Below are positions 19,796 to 27,860 of a stretch of DNA of 64,000 bases, piece after piece. A program made the translations under genes and the position numbers. Under the pieces are notes generated by a model that had not been told where the DNA came from, did not search any database, and saw only the letters and a program-made list of their open reading frames with translations. Numbering within the stretch: position 1 is the stretch's first letter; every line of letters begins with the position of its first letter. Source of the stretch: a virus (lineage: Duplodnaviria; Caudoviricetes); IMG/VR virus record IMGVR_UViG_2061766007_000959. One strand, given 5' to 3'.

Positions 19796-22183
19796 ATGAA
19801 AACGACACTCAACTACAATACGATTGAGACCCTGCAAGTGCAACAGGGTTGGAAAGAATACTTGGACAGTATCGTCGCACAGAGCGAGCGCGTCTTTGAC
19901 GACAACCTTGTTTCCGAGTATGACGAATCGGACGGTCAGGGAATTGTCAGGCGTATGGAGAAGACGGACGCCGTCTCGCCGAAATACGCTGTGCTGAATT
20001 TCAGGAAAGACCTTATACCCCTAATCAGGAAAGAGAACATTTCCCTCAGGGCTTTGCTGAGACTGCTGTCGATTTACGGTTGCAGGATAAAGGCTGATTT
20101 CGACGGTGTCGTTCTGCCGCACACATTCAAGATTCAGGGCAATTTCGACAGCGTCGGCGTTCGGGGCTATCACACTCAGAACAGGACGTACGACCATGAC
20201 GCCGCCCGTACGACGCCGCAGAACGTTCAAGAGGACGCGGACTGTTTCATTCCGAATATGTCGAACAACGCGTTCGAAGAGGACACGACGTTCAAGTACA
20301 TATACAACATATTCGGCTACAATCAGAAAAACCCCATGCTGTCCTACTCGTACGTTTACAGGTTCGAGAAATACTACCCTGTCAAGATTATGAAACTGAA
20401 CGAAGACTATCACGAACTGATAGACCCTGAGGGTAGCGGCGAGGATACGAGGATTTGGGTTGACGACCCGACGGACGAGGGCAAGTATTACGTCAGGGAA
20501 TCGGACGTTATAAAGGTAGCCGAGACAACGTCAGGCGACAGGGAACACTCGACCGATATTGAGTTTATCGACGGTGACGTCCCAATATACGAGTGGGTAG
20601 AGGACATAGAAAATGAAAAGGGAATCATAGCGAGAATGACCTTGGTCGAGTATGACTACGGGGACAAGATGTTCAAACTGAAAGACAACATTCAGCCGTC
20701 CGACATTTTGGACTGCATTTCCGACCCCGTGTTCATAGTGATAAACGACCACGACAAGATAGACCTTCAGAAATCGTTTTACGCCGTCGTTGTGAGCGGC
20801 GAGACACAGACGTTCCCGATAATAAGGTACAACGCCGAGGCTAACTTGGAAAGCGTTGAAGACCCTGTTGACGATGACAAGAGCGAGTACGACCTGTCAT
20901 ACGTGATAGCGAACTCTGATTTCAGTTTCGTACACAGAAACACGTTCAGAAAGAAAACGGACGCCGAACATCCTGACGATTACGAGGTGTTCAGTGTCAC
21001 CTTAAAGACAGAGGGTTACACGAGCCTGACTGTGAATTACAACGTGTACACGATAGACGGCGAGGACGGCGAGTTCATTATCGGTGACATTATCTACGAC
21101 AAGATAGAACCGTTGGCTATGCACGTCAGGGAGAAACAGTTGTTCGCTGAGGACAGCTATATCAAGGCTCAGCCCCTGTTCGTGTACAGGACGCTCGGTG
21201 AGAGGATACCAAAGACCGAATGTTCCGAGACAGCCAATTTCGACAACGAGAGGGGCGGCGCGGACAAACTGAACTACGAAATAAAGTTCGACGACTTTCA
21301 GAACGACAGCATAGCGAACGGGGTTTACATAGAAAAGAAATCGACAATTATATCGAACGACCCGACCTCGACAGCCGACTTGGTAGCCAAGGACGTGTTC
21401 TATTCGAGAAAATACACGGTTTACGAGGTTTACAAGCGCGTCATTTCAAAAAAGACCGTTGTAAAGACATTCACCCGTGAGACAAGTTGGTACGACTATT
21501 TCGACCTGTCGTTGGTTGACACGTACGAGCGCGGCGAGTTCCTTGGCAACTATTACGCTGTTGAGGACTTGTCAAAGAAAACCCTGAACAGACCCGTGAC
21601 CCTGTTCTCACAGTCGGGTCTGATTAAAGGCAGTGTGTCGGGCGAGTACGATTCCGACCTGAACGTTATTGAAATAAGGGACGGCAAGAGCAACGATTAC
21701 GAACTTGTGCCGCTGAGGAAAGAGGCTGAAATAGAAACAATGTATTTCAACCATTTCGTGAAAGTTTACCCGATTGTTGACGAGGAGACGGACGACGTCG
21801 TAAGCACGCACAAACTGTACTGTGACAACCTCGAACTCGTCGAGTACGCCAACTGTGTCCCGTATATCGTTTCGTACGACAGGAAAGGCACAGAGGACAG
21901 GGACTGCTCTGTTTTCGGTCGCATACTGTCGTACAACAAGCGCACGCACCTGATTACGGTGAACAACCCGATTTGGTTCGCCAACTCGAAAGACCCGAAA
22001 TACGTTGTGGTCGCGTATCAGAATATGTCGCCGTTTATGCGTCCGAACCGCCTGACGGTAATCGCGCCTGACGGGGGTGTCAAGGGCGTCGTCAGTCCGA
22101 TGCTCGACAATTTCAGGAACGCGGCTTGTTACGATATTGAACTTTACACAAAAGAGGAATACGAATCATTAGACAACAACTAA
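19796..22183 (+). CDS. putative baseplate wedge protein (gp7/gpI-like position)
   Basis: Operon position; 795 aa. Confidence 0.45.
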   Translation: MKTTLNYNTIETLQVQQGWKEYLDSIVAQSERVFDDNLVSEYDESDGQGIVRRMEKTDAVSPKYAVLNFRKDLIPLIRKENISLRALLRLLSIYGCRIKADFDGVVLPHTFKIQGNFDSVGVRGYHTQNRTYDHDAARTTPQNVQEDADCFIPNMSNNAFEEDTTFKYIYNIFGYNQKNPMLSYSYVYRFEKYYPVKIMKLNEDYHELIDPEGSGEDTRIWVDDPTDEGKYYVRESDVIKVAETTSGDREHSTDIEFIDGDVPIYEWVEDIENEKGIIARMTLVEYDYGDKMFKLKDNIQPSDILDCISDPVFIVINDHDKIDLQKSFYAVVVSGETQTFPIIRYNAEANLESVEDPVDDDKSEYDLSYVIANSDFSFVHRNTFRKKTDAEHPDDYEVFSVTLKTEGYTSLTVNYNVYTIDGEDGEFIIGDIIYDKIEPLAMHVREKQLFAEDSYIKAQPLFVYRTLGERIPKTECSETANFDNERGGADKLNYEIKFDDFQNDSIANGVYIEKKSTIISNDPTSTADLVAKDVFYSRKYTVYEVYKRVISKKTVVKTFTRETSWYDYFDLSLVDTYERGEFLGNYYAVEDLSKKTLNRPVTLFSQSGLIKGSVSGEYDSDLNVIEIRDGKSNDYELVPLRKEAEIETMYFNHFVKVYPIVDEETDDVVSTHKLYCDNLELVEYANCVPYIVSYDRKGTEDRDCSVFGRILSYNKRTHLITVNNPIWFANSKDPKYVVVAYQNMSPFMRPNRLTVIAPDGGVKGVVSPMLDNFRNAACYDIELYTKEEYESLDNN

Positions 22184-22194
22184 AAAGAATCATT

Positions 22195-22695
22195 ATGGCT
22201 ATCAACAGAAACGAGGCGAAAGAGACGTTAGAGGCGAGCATGGTCGATGTAGAGAAACGCTACGCCGATTTCATACTTGAAATAGACACGAAAATAAGGC
22301 TCGCGTCAGGCTACGAGGTTCTGCCTTACTTTTTCGGCAGTACCGACAGCGCGTCACACGACGCGTACTTTGACGATGAGACCAAGTTGGGTATATACGT
22401 GAGAAACCTGAACAGCCTCACGGAACTGAAAAGCCCTAAGAAAAAATGCTCGTTTATATGCGCGGACGGCACGGCTACCAAGTACAAGGGTACGTTCGCT
22501 TACCCGAAAGAATGGGGCGACTTAGAGAGCGTTTGGGATTTCTTAGAGGCTAACCGCCTGACGACAAGCACGCCGTCAACCGACGAATGGAAAAAGTACG
22601 GTGACATAACAGTAAACCTTTTGGGCGAGGACAGGTATTACAGAGTGTACGAATCAGGCGAACTGTCGTCGTCACTTTTCAGCTTTGTTTTTTAA
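22195..22695 (+). CDS. hypothetical virion protein
   Basis: In tail operon. Confidence 0.55.
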   Translation: MAINRNEAKETLEASMVDVEKRYADFILEIDTKIRLASGYEVLPYFFGSTDSASHDAYFDDETKLGIYVRNLNSLTELKSPKKKCSFICADGTATKYKGTFAYPKEWGDLESVWDFLEANRLTTSTPSTDEWKKYGDITVNLLGEDRYYRVYESGELSSSLFSFVF

Positions 22696-22714
22696 ATGAA
22701 TTAAATAACTGATT

Positions 22715-24493
22715 ATGAATTGGAAAAAGTTTTGGCGAACAGGCGCGGCGTTGGTGACAGGCGGCGCGAGTGAAATAGGAAAGTTCACGTATGACGCGGC
22801 GACGGGCGGCTTTGACTACGCGAAAGAGGAATTGAAGAATACCGTCAACGACTTTATTCCTGAAAAGACACAGGAGAAGTTGAGAAAGATTCAGAATTTC
22901 TTTTTGGACGCTTTCGACTATGTGAACTGCCTGAACCCCGTGTTTTTGATAGGGAAACTGACGAATCAGGATTGGCTTATGAACCTTTCCACGGGCGGAC
23001 TGTACTATCTGAAAAACGAACTGAGGGCGTTGAACAACTACGTTTTCGGCACGGACACGGACGAGGAGGCAAACCCGACAGACCACATAATAACCTATAC
23101 CAACACCGAGGCTGTTTTCTCGTTCTTGGACATAGACATACAGGAATACCTTGACGAACACGTGGCGGCTTGGAAAACCTGTCTTCAGATGGTGCGTCAG
23201 TTCCCCGACTTTTACGGGACGACGCAGGCGAAAGCCGACGCCATGACAGAGGACGAGGCGTCCGACCTGTTCTACAAGAAAGAGGGTTGGAAACCGTACT
23301 GTTCAAAGGGTGTCATAGACGACATAGTCGAGCAATGGTACGGCGACGGCGGCACGGGCGAGGGTATTACTTTCCGTTTTGTGAACAAGGGTATAATAAG
23401 GCGTTGCCGATTCCTGAACAACGAGTTCGGTTTCTATACGGACGAGTACAAGAAACTCGTTATGAACATTTGGAAAATAGACGACATGGACTTGATGTCT
23501 GAGACGAACGCCGTCCCAAACTGTTATTTCGTCAGGGACTTTTTCAAAATGGACAGAATGTACTACACGTCCAACGAGAAGGGTATAGTCGTAAGCACCT
23601 CGTCAACGGGCGGAACTCGTGACGAGATAATCCTCGATTACATATATTCCAAGACCTGCCTCGACGTGTACGCCAAATCTATAAAGGAGAACATAAAGTC
23701 AGGTTACTATTACAACGGCGAGTTTTATTATGACGCGGCGCACACGTCGCAAATGTCGGGAAGTAACGGCTCGTATTACAGGGACAAGGACACAAAGGTA
23801 CTGTACATATATGACGGCTCGTCTTACAACACCGTTGACGAATCAAGCCTGAACATATACAACGGGGCTGTTGTGACAGGCTATTATCTGATTCCGTACG
23901 CTTACGATAACGGAACACGCGGCAAGTACCTGAAAATGTACGCGTCGAATTTCAAAGTCCCGAACAGCGGCGCAAGCATATACACAGACCATCCGAGCCT
24001 GCCTTACAAGACAACGACGGAGGCTTACAACATACTGCACTATTTCTTTGAGAGGGAGTCGTACACAAGCGGTATGGATTGGCAAGAGGCGAACCATGTC
24101 AGCGTTGACGCTGAAAACCCGACAAAAGAGGTCAGGGGCAACGATTATGTCGGTATGACATACGAGAACCACAGTTTCCTGACGCTTTCCGAGGTCAGGA
24201 ACTATATCACTCAGTACGCCATTCCGCTCATTCAGTATTACCAATACAAGGGTTACACGGTGACGCCGATATACTCGTCGTCGCACGCCCAACAGTTCAC
24301 CAACACAGACCAACCGTTCCAAAACAATTTCCTGTCAGAGAAACCCGTCACCGATTACAACGAAAGGACGGGACTCCATTTCAAGGGTGACGAGAAAAAG
24401 AACGGCTACTATGACATTATACCGTACAAGTACATAACGGGCTTTGTCATAAGTTGGGGCGACAAGGACACAGAGGTCGCGGAGAGCGAATGA
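22715..24493 (+). CDS. putative virion/fibre-associated protein
   Basis: GYYYNGEFYYDAAHT...YRD...LYIYDGSSY fibre-type motif; end of tail operon. Confidence 0.5.
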   Translation: MNWKKFWRTGAALVTGGASEIGKFTYDAATGGFDYAKEELKNTVNDFIPEKTQEKLRKIQNFFLDAFDYVNCLNPVFLIGKLTNQDWLMNLSTGGLYYLKNELRALNNYVFGTDTDEEANPTDHIITYTNTEAVFSFLDIDIQEYLDEHVAAWKTCLQMVRQFPDFYGTTQAKADAMTEDEASDLFYKKEGWKPYCSKGVIDDIVEQWYGDGGTGEGITFRFVNKGIIRRCRFLNNEFGFYTDEYKKLVMNIWKIDDMDLMSETNAVPNCYFVRDFFKMDRMYYTSNEKGIVVSTSSTGGTRDEIILDYIYSKTCLDVYAKSIKENIKSGYYYNGEFYYDAAHTSQMSGSNGSYYRDKDTKVLYIYDGSSYNTVDESSLNIYNGAVVTGYYLIPYAYDNGTRGKYLKMYASNFKVPNSGASIYTDHPSLPYKTTTEAYNILHYFFERESYTSGMDWQEANHVSVDAENPTKEVRGNDYVGMTYENHSFLTLSEVRNYITQYAIPLIQYYQYKGYTVTPIYSSSHAQQFTNTDQPFQNNFLSEKPVTDYNERTGLHFKGDEKKNGYYDIIPYKYITGFVISWGDKDTEVAESE

Positions 24494-24519
24494 TTTTTTT
24501 TGAAAAAATATTGTTGCGC

Positions 24520-24544
24520 GTAACAAAAACATAATTATATTTGC
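24520..24544 (+). promoter_or_regulatory. class B promoter/operator GTAAY-N9-RTTAY overlapping the -7 element (also 36996, 45728, 47878, 50350, 54687, 62223, 63187)
   Basis: Eight copies with constant 9-bp spacer. Confidence 0.75.
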
Positions 24545-24563
24545 ACTCGTAAAGATTACGACT

Positions 24564-24812
24564 ATGACATTTATGATTGTGTTTTTGATTTTATACGGCT
24601 TGGGCTTAGGGGCGTGCCACCTGTCAGCTATGCTGTTCAGCGGTACGGACGCGAGCCTTGTCAGGAATATCGGCTACGTGCCGATTCTGAACGTTGTAGC
24701 CGCGATACTGATAGTGTTTTTTCTTTTCTACATTGTGAGGGACTATCGCGAGGAAAAAAAGAAACAGGCTGAGGCTGAGAGCAAGGAACAGGTCGGTTCG
24801 TCTAACGGTTAG
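24564..24812 (+). CDS. small membrane protein, 2 TM helices (holin-like possible)
   Basis: Two hydrophobic segments and a charged C-tail; stop codon lies inside the tRNA. Confidence 0.6.
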   Translation: MTFMIVFLILYGLGLGACHLSAMLFSGTDASLVRNIGYVPILNVVAAILIVFFLFYIVRDYREEKKKQAEAESKEQVGSSNG

Positions 24813-24862
24813 GACGCAAGGTTTTCAACCTTGAAATATGAGTTCGATTCTCGTACTGACTA
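24791..24862 (+). tRNA. tRNA-Glu (TTC), CCA not encoded
   Basis: Acceptor GGTCGGT/ACTGACT, D arm GTCTAACGGTTAGGAC, anticodon arm CAAGG-TTTTCAA-CCTTG, T arm ATGAG-TTCGATT-CTCGT. Confidence 0.9.
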
Positions 24863-25000
24863 CGATTTAAAAACACACGGCGCGAAGTCGCCTAAATACA
24901 AGGTTCTTTCAGACATACTTTAAACAAATAAGCAAGTATGTATGGCAGTTGTATGGGGGGGCGGTTTACCAATGTCGAAAGCACCGTCCCCTGATTTTTC

Positions 25001-25192
25001 GGTTGTAAAGATTGTGATTCAGAGCCACTTTATTCCCTTACCATATCTATAAGTCAATTGTTACACCTATCACGATAACAGCACCAAGAGAGTTAAACAT
25101 CGCACGGGGAATTTTCTGACTAAAAGTCCTACCTTATTTTCACGCAATGCTCAGTCAGGAACGCAAGGGCGGTGCGACACCGCCCACAACCA
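25001..25192 (+). ncRNA. candidate structured RNA with tRNA-like closing domain
   Basis: 5' GGTTGT pairs with 3' ACAACC-A, stacked on GGGCGG-TGCGACA-CCGCCC. Confidence 0.35.
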
Positions 25193-25223
25193 CTTGAAAA
25201 GGAATTTTTTAAAACACAAATAA

Positions 25224-25706
25224 ATGAGTTACCAACTATGTCAGTATCACAAACAGGCAGGTTGCGAGGAATGCAAGTACCTGTTTTACAGCCAATGCAA
25301 GAAATTTTGGCAGATACACGCACGATTCCTGATGAGGAACATTCTGAGGGAGAAGACGGACGCGTTCAAGTACACGCCCGTAAAGAACGCCGAGAAACAC
25401 AAGGTTTTACAGAGCCGCAAGAAAGACGTCGCCAAGTCGGTCGCAATGCAGTTCGCCATCGAAAAGAACGCCGAGGTGATTCCGTACACGACGAACACCG
25501 CACTGAACCTGATTGTGAACGCCGTCGAGGAAGTCAACGCGTCAGTCGCGTTCGTGACGGTGACGACGGCTATCGGCGAGGCTGACAAGATTATAAACCT
25601 GTTGGAGAATTTCACGGACACGACGGTACACAACGGCGGAAAGGTCGTGCTGTTTATCGACCCGTCGTGCAGATACAAATTCAAATACCCGTCAGCCGAT
25701 GAATAG
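25224..25706 (+). CDS. Cys-rich N-terminal protein, possibly a degenerate helicase loader
   Basis: C-x2-H-x3-C-x2-C-x7-C cluster; upstream of helicase; no Walker A. Confidence 0.5.
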   Translation: MSYQLCQYHKQAGCEECKYLFYSQCKKFWQIHARFLMRNILREKTDAFKYTPVKNAEKHKVLQSRKKDVAKSVAMQFAIEKNAEVIPYTTNTALNLIVNAVEEVNASVAFVTVTTAIGEADKIINLLENFTDTTVHNGGKVVLFIDPSCRYKFKYPSADE

Positions 25707-26055
25707 CGAGTTCAAACACCCGATTGGCACTAAGTTATGGTGGGTCGGAATGGAATACGAAAATCCGAATTGGGTTTGGAAAATATGCGAGCGCGAGGTC
25801 ACGGCTGTACGCGAGACGCGGTGGTTCAACGACGAAAACCCGTTACGGCAAATATTTTTGTCAGGTATGTCCTCCTATGAGGGCGAGAATTGGTTTGACG
25901 ACGATTTTCAAATTATAAAAGAGTACGACGGTACGGAATGGTACTGTACGGGCTATATGTGCGACACCGTGTTTGAGACTAAGGACGAGGCTGAGAAATA
26001 CCTGAATTTGGAAATCAAGTACGAAAAGAAAAAGAAAAGCGAAAATGAAGACTAA
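25699..26055 (+). CDS. hypothetical protein
   Basis: FKHPIG...VFETKDEAE pattern, similar to 32584 ORF. Confidence 0.65.
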   Translation: MNSEFKHPIGTKLWWVGMEYENPNWVWKICEREVTAVRETRWFNDENPLRQIFLSGMSSYEGENWFDDDFQIIKEYDGTEWYCTGYMCDTVFETKDEAEKYLNLEIKYEKKKKSENED

Positions 26056-26263
26056 CGAGGAAATGGCGAGGGAAATAGCCGCCAAATTGGGCGGATTCCA
26101 AGAGGCGTATGACGGCGCAATGGCAATGGCGGAAATCAAGGACAAGCAAATAAAAAAGGTTTTACGGGCGTTGTCAAGTGAAACAGGCGACCCACGGCAT
26201 TTTTACGACGAGGACGATTTGTGGAATAAAATGCCATTGGACGGTTCAGTGCCATTTTCGTAA
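26045..26263 (+). CDS. hypothetical protein (related to 55906 and 56541)
   Basis: NEEMAREIA...AMAEIKDKQ. Confidence 0.65.
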   Translation: MKTNEEMAREIAAKLGGFQEAYDGAMAMAEIKDKQIKKVLRALSSETGDPRHFYDEDDLWNKMPLDGSVPFS

Positions 26264-26264
26264 T

Positions 26265-26456
26265 ATGAAATCGATTTACAACAGCGGATTGAAACAACAT
26301 TGGACTAAAAAGGGCAATGTTATGAAACCCAAAATGTCCTTTGACACGCCCGAGGACGCCAAGCGTTACAGGGACGAAAACGGTATCAGTTTCAGGTACA
26401 AGCCGTACCTGTGCGACGTTTGCAACAAATATCATTTGGGACACAAAAACAAATAA
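26265..26456 (+). CDS. small Zn-ribbon protein
   Basis: PYLCDVCNKYHLGH. Confidence 0.65.
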   Translation: MKSIYNSGLKQHWTKKGNVMKPKMSFDTPEDAKRYRDENGISFRYKPYLCDVCNKYHLGHKNK

Positions 26457-26463
26457 AAATATT

Positions 26464-27795
26464 ATGACAGCAACATTCTTTTACTCGATAGCAGGTCTGA
26501 AACAGTCGAACACGATTGACGACCTGTTGCACAATATGTCAACGATTGAGTACATAAACCAAAAGGACAGGAACGTAGCCGAATACTGCCTGCAATGCGC
26601 GGAACACGGGAACTATCCGTCGGCTGACTATTTCGTGAACATATACGACAAGCCGAAAACCGTCCTGAAGACAGAGGCTGAAATAGTCCTGCATTTCAAA
26701 GAGTTGGTTGACTTTCACGCGAGACAGGCGGTACAGCGCAACGTCACGACGGCAATAAACGAGACGTCAACGTCGGCTGACCTTCTGACGCGCCTGTCAA
26801 AGATAATCACCGACACAGAGAACGCTAACGACAGCGAGTTCAGTTTCGACGACTGCAAGCCCGAACTGTACGGCGACGTTGACAAGCCGCTCGACAGCGG
26901 ACTTATGACGGGAATCGAGGAACTTGACAAGACGACAAACGGTTTCCAACGGGGTACGGTGGCGAGTATCTGCGGTTTCACGGGACACGGAAAGTCAACG
27001 GCGTGCAACAGCGCGGCGTACCAAAATATCGTAAGCGGAAAGAAAGTCCTGATTATATCAATTGAGTTGCCGCCCGACATGGTTTGGAAACAGTTTGAGA
27101 CGCGCTATATGTTCGAGCGAGAACTCGCCGTTGACGTTCACAACATGGAACATCACACGTTGGACGACAGTGTCGGCAAACAGGTTGTATCATACGAGCC
27201 TGATTTTAAGCGCGACGTAGTTCCCAATCTGTTGGTGATAGACGAATCGAAAATCACGAAAAAGATAATGACCGATTATCGAAAGATAAACAAACTGTTC
27301 AAGGCGGCTGAGCGCAAACTCGGCGGCTTGGACATGGTGATTGTTGACCACGTCGGTCAGTTGGAACTGTTGTACCCTGAGACGGGAAACATAATTCTGA
27401 AACAACTCACGTCAGCGGCTAAGACGTTCAAGAACGAAAACGGGGAAAAGATTGTCATGGTGTGGGCTGTGCAGTGCAACCGCGAGGGCAACAGGCGCGC
27501 GATACGCCGCGAGGGTCAGTATGACTTGCAGGCGATAGCCGACCTTAACGAGGTCGAGCGTTCGTCGTCATACTGTGTGTTCCTGTACACGTCGGACGCT
27601 ATGAAAATAACACAGGAGACGAAAGTGTCTATGCTTAAAAACCGTCTCGGTGTTCCGATTCCTGTCCCGTTTGTCACGTCGTTCACCCCGTCGGTCGTTA
27701 TGGTCGGCAGAAAATTTGACAGGGCGAATATGAGCGACGTTGATTTCTCGTTTACCGAAATGGGCGGTGAGTACGAGGATATACCGCCGTTCTAA
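26464..27795 (+). CDS. dnaB: replicative DNA helicase, DnaB/SF4 family
   Basis: TGIEELD, Walker A GFTGHGKS, Walker B MVIVDH, QCNR, LKNR arginine finger. Confidence 0.92.
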   Translation: MTATFFYSIAGLKQSNTIDDLLHNMSTIEYINQKDRNVAEYCLQCAEHGNYPSADYFVNIYDKPKTVLKTEAEIVLHFKELVDFHARQAVQRNVTTAINETSTSADLLTRLSKIITDTENANDSEFSFDDCKPELYGDVDKPLDSGLMTGIEELDKTTNGFQRGTVASICGFTGHGKSTACNSAAYQNIVSGKKVLIISIELPPDMVWKQFETRYMFERELAVDVHNMEHHTLDDSVGKQVVSYEPDFKRDVVPNLLVIDESKITKKIMTDYRKINKLFKAAERKLGGLDMVIVDHVGQLELLYPETGNIILKQLTSAAKTFKNENGEKIVMVWAVQCNREGNRRAIRREGQYDLQAIADLNEVERSSSYCVFLYTSDAMKITQETKVSMLKNRLGVPIPVPFVTSFTPSVVMVGRKFDRANMSDVDFSFTEMGGEYEDIPPF

Positions 27796-27860
27796 AAAAG
27801 TTTTTTGAATTATTGTGAAAAAACAATATTTTTGTGATACGTTTTTTAAACAAATACGTA

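Noticed and set aside
25001-25192. Canonical tmRNA
   Set aside because: Too short, no G3-U70 alanine identity pair, no convincing tag reading frame; kept only as a tRNA-like candidate.
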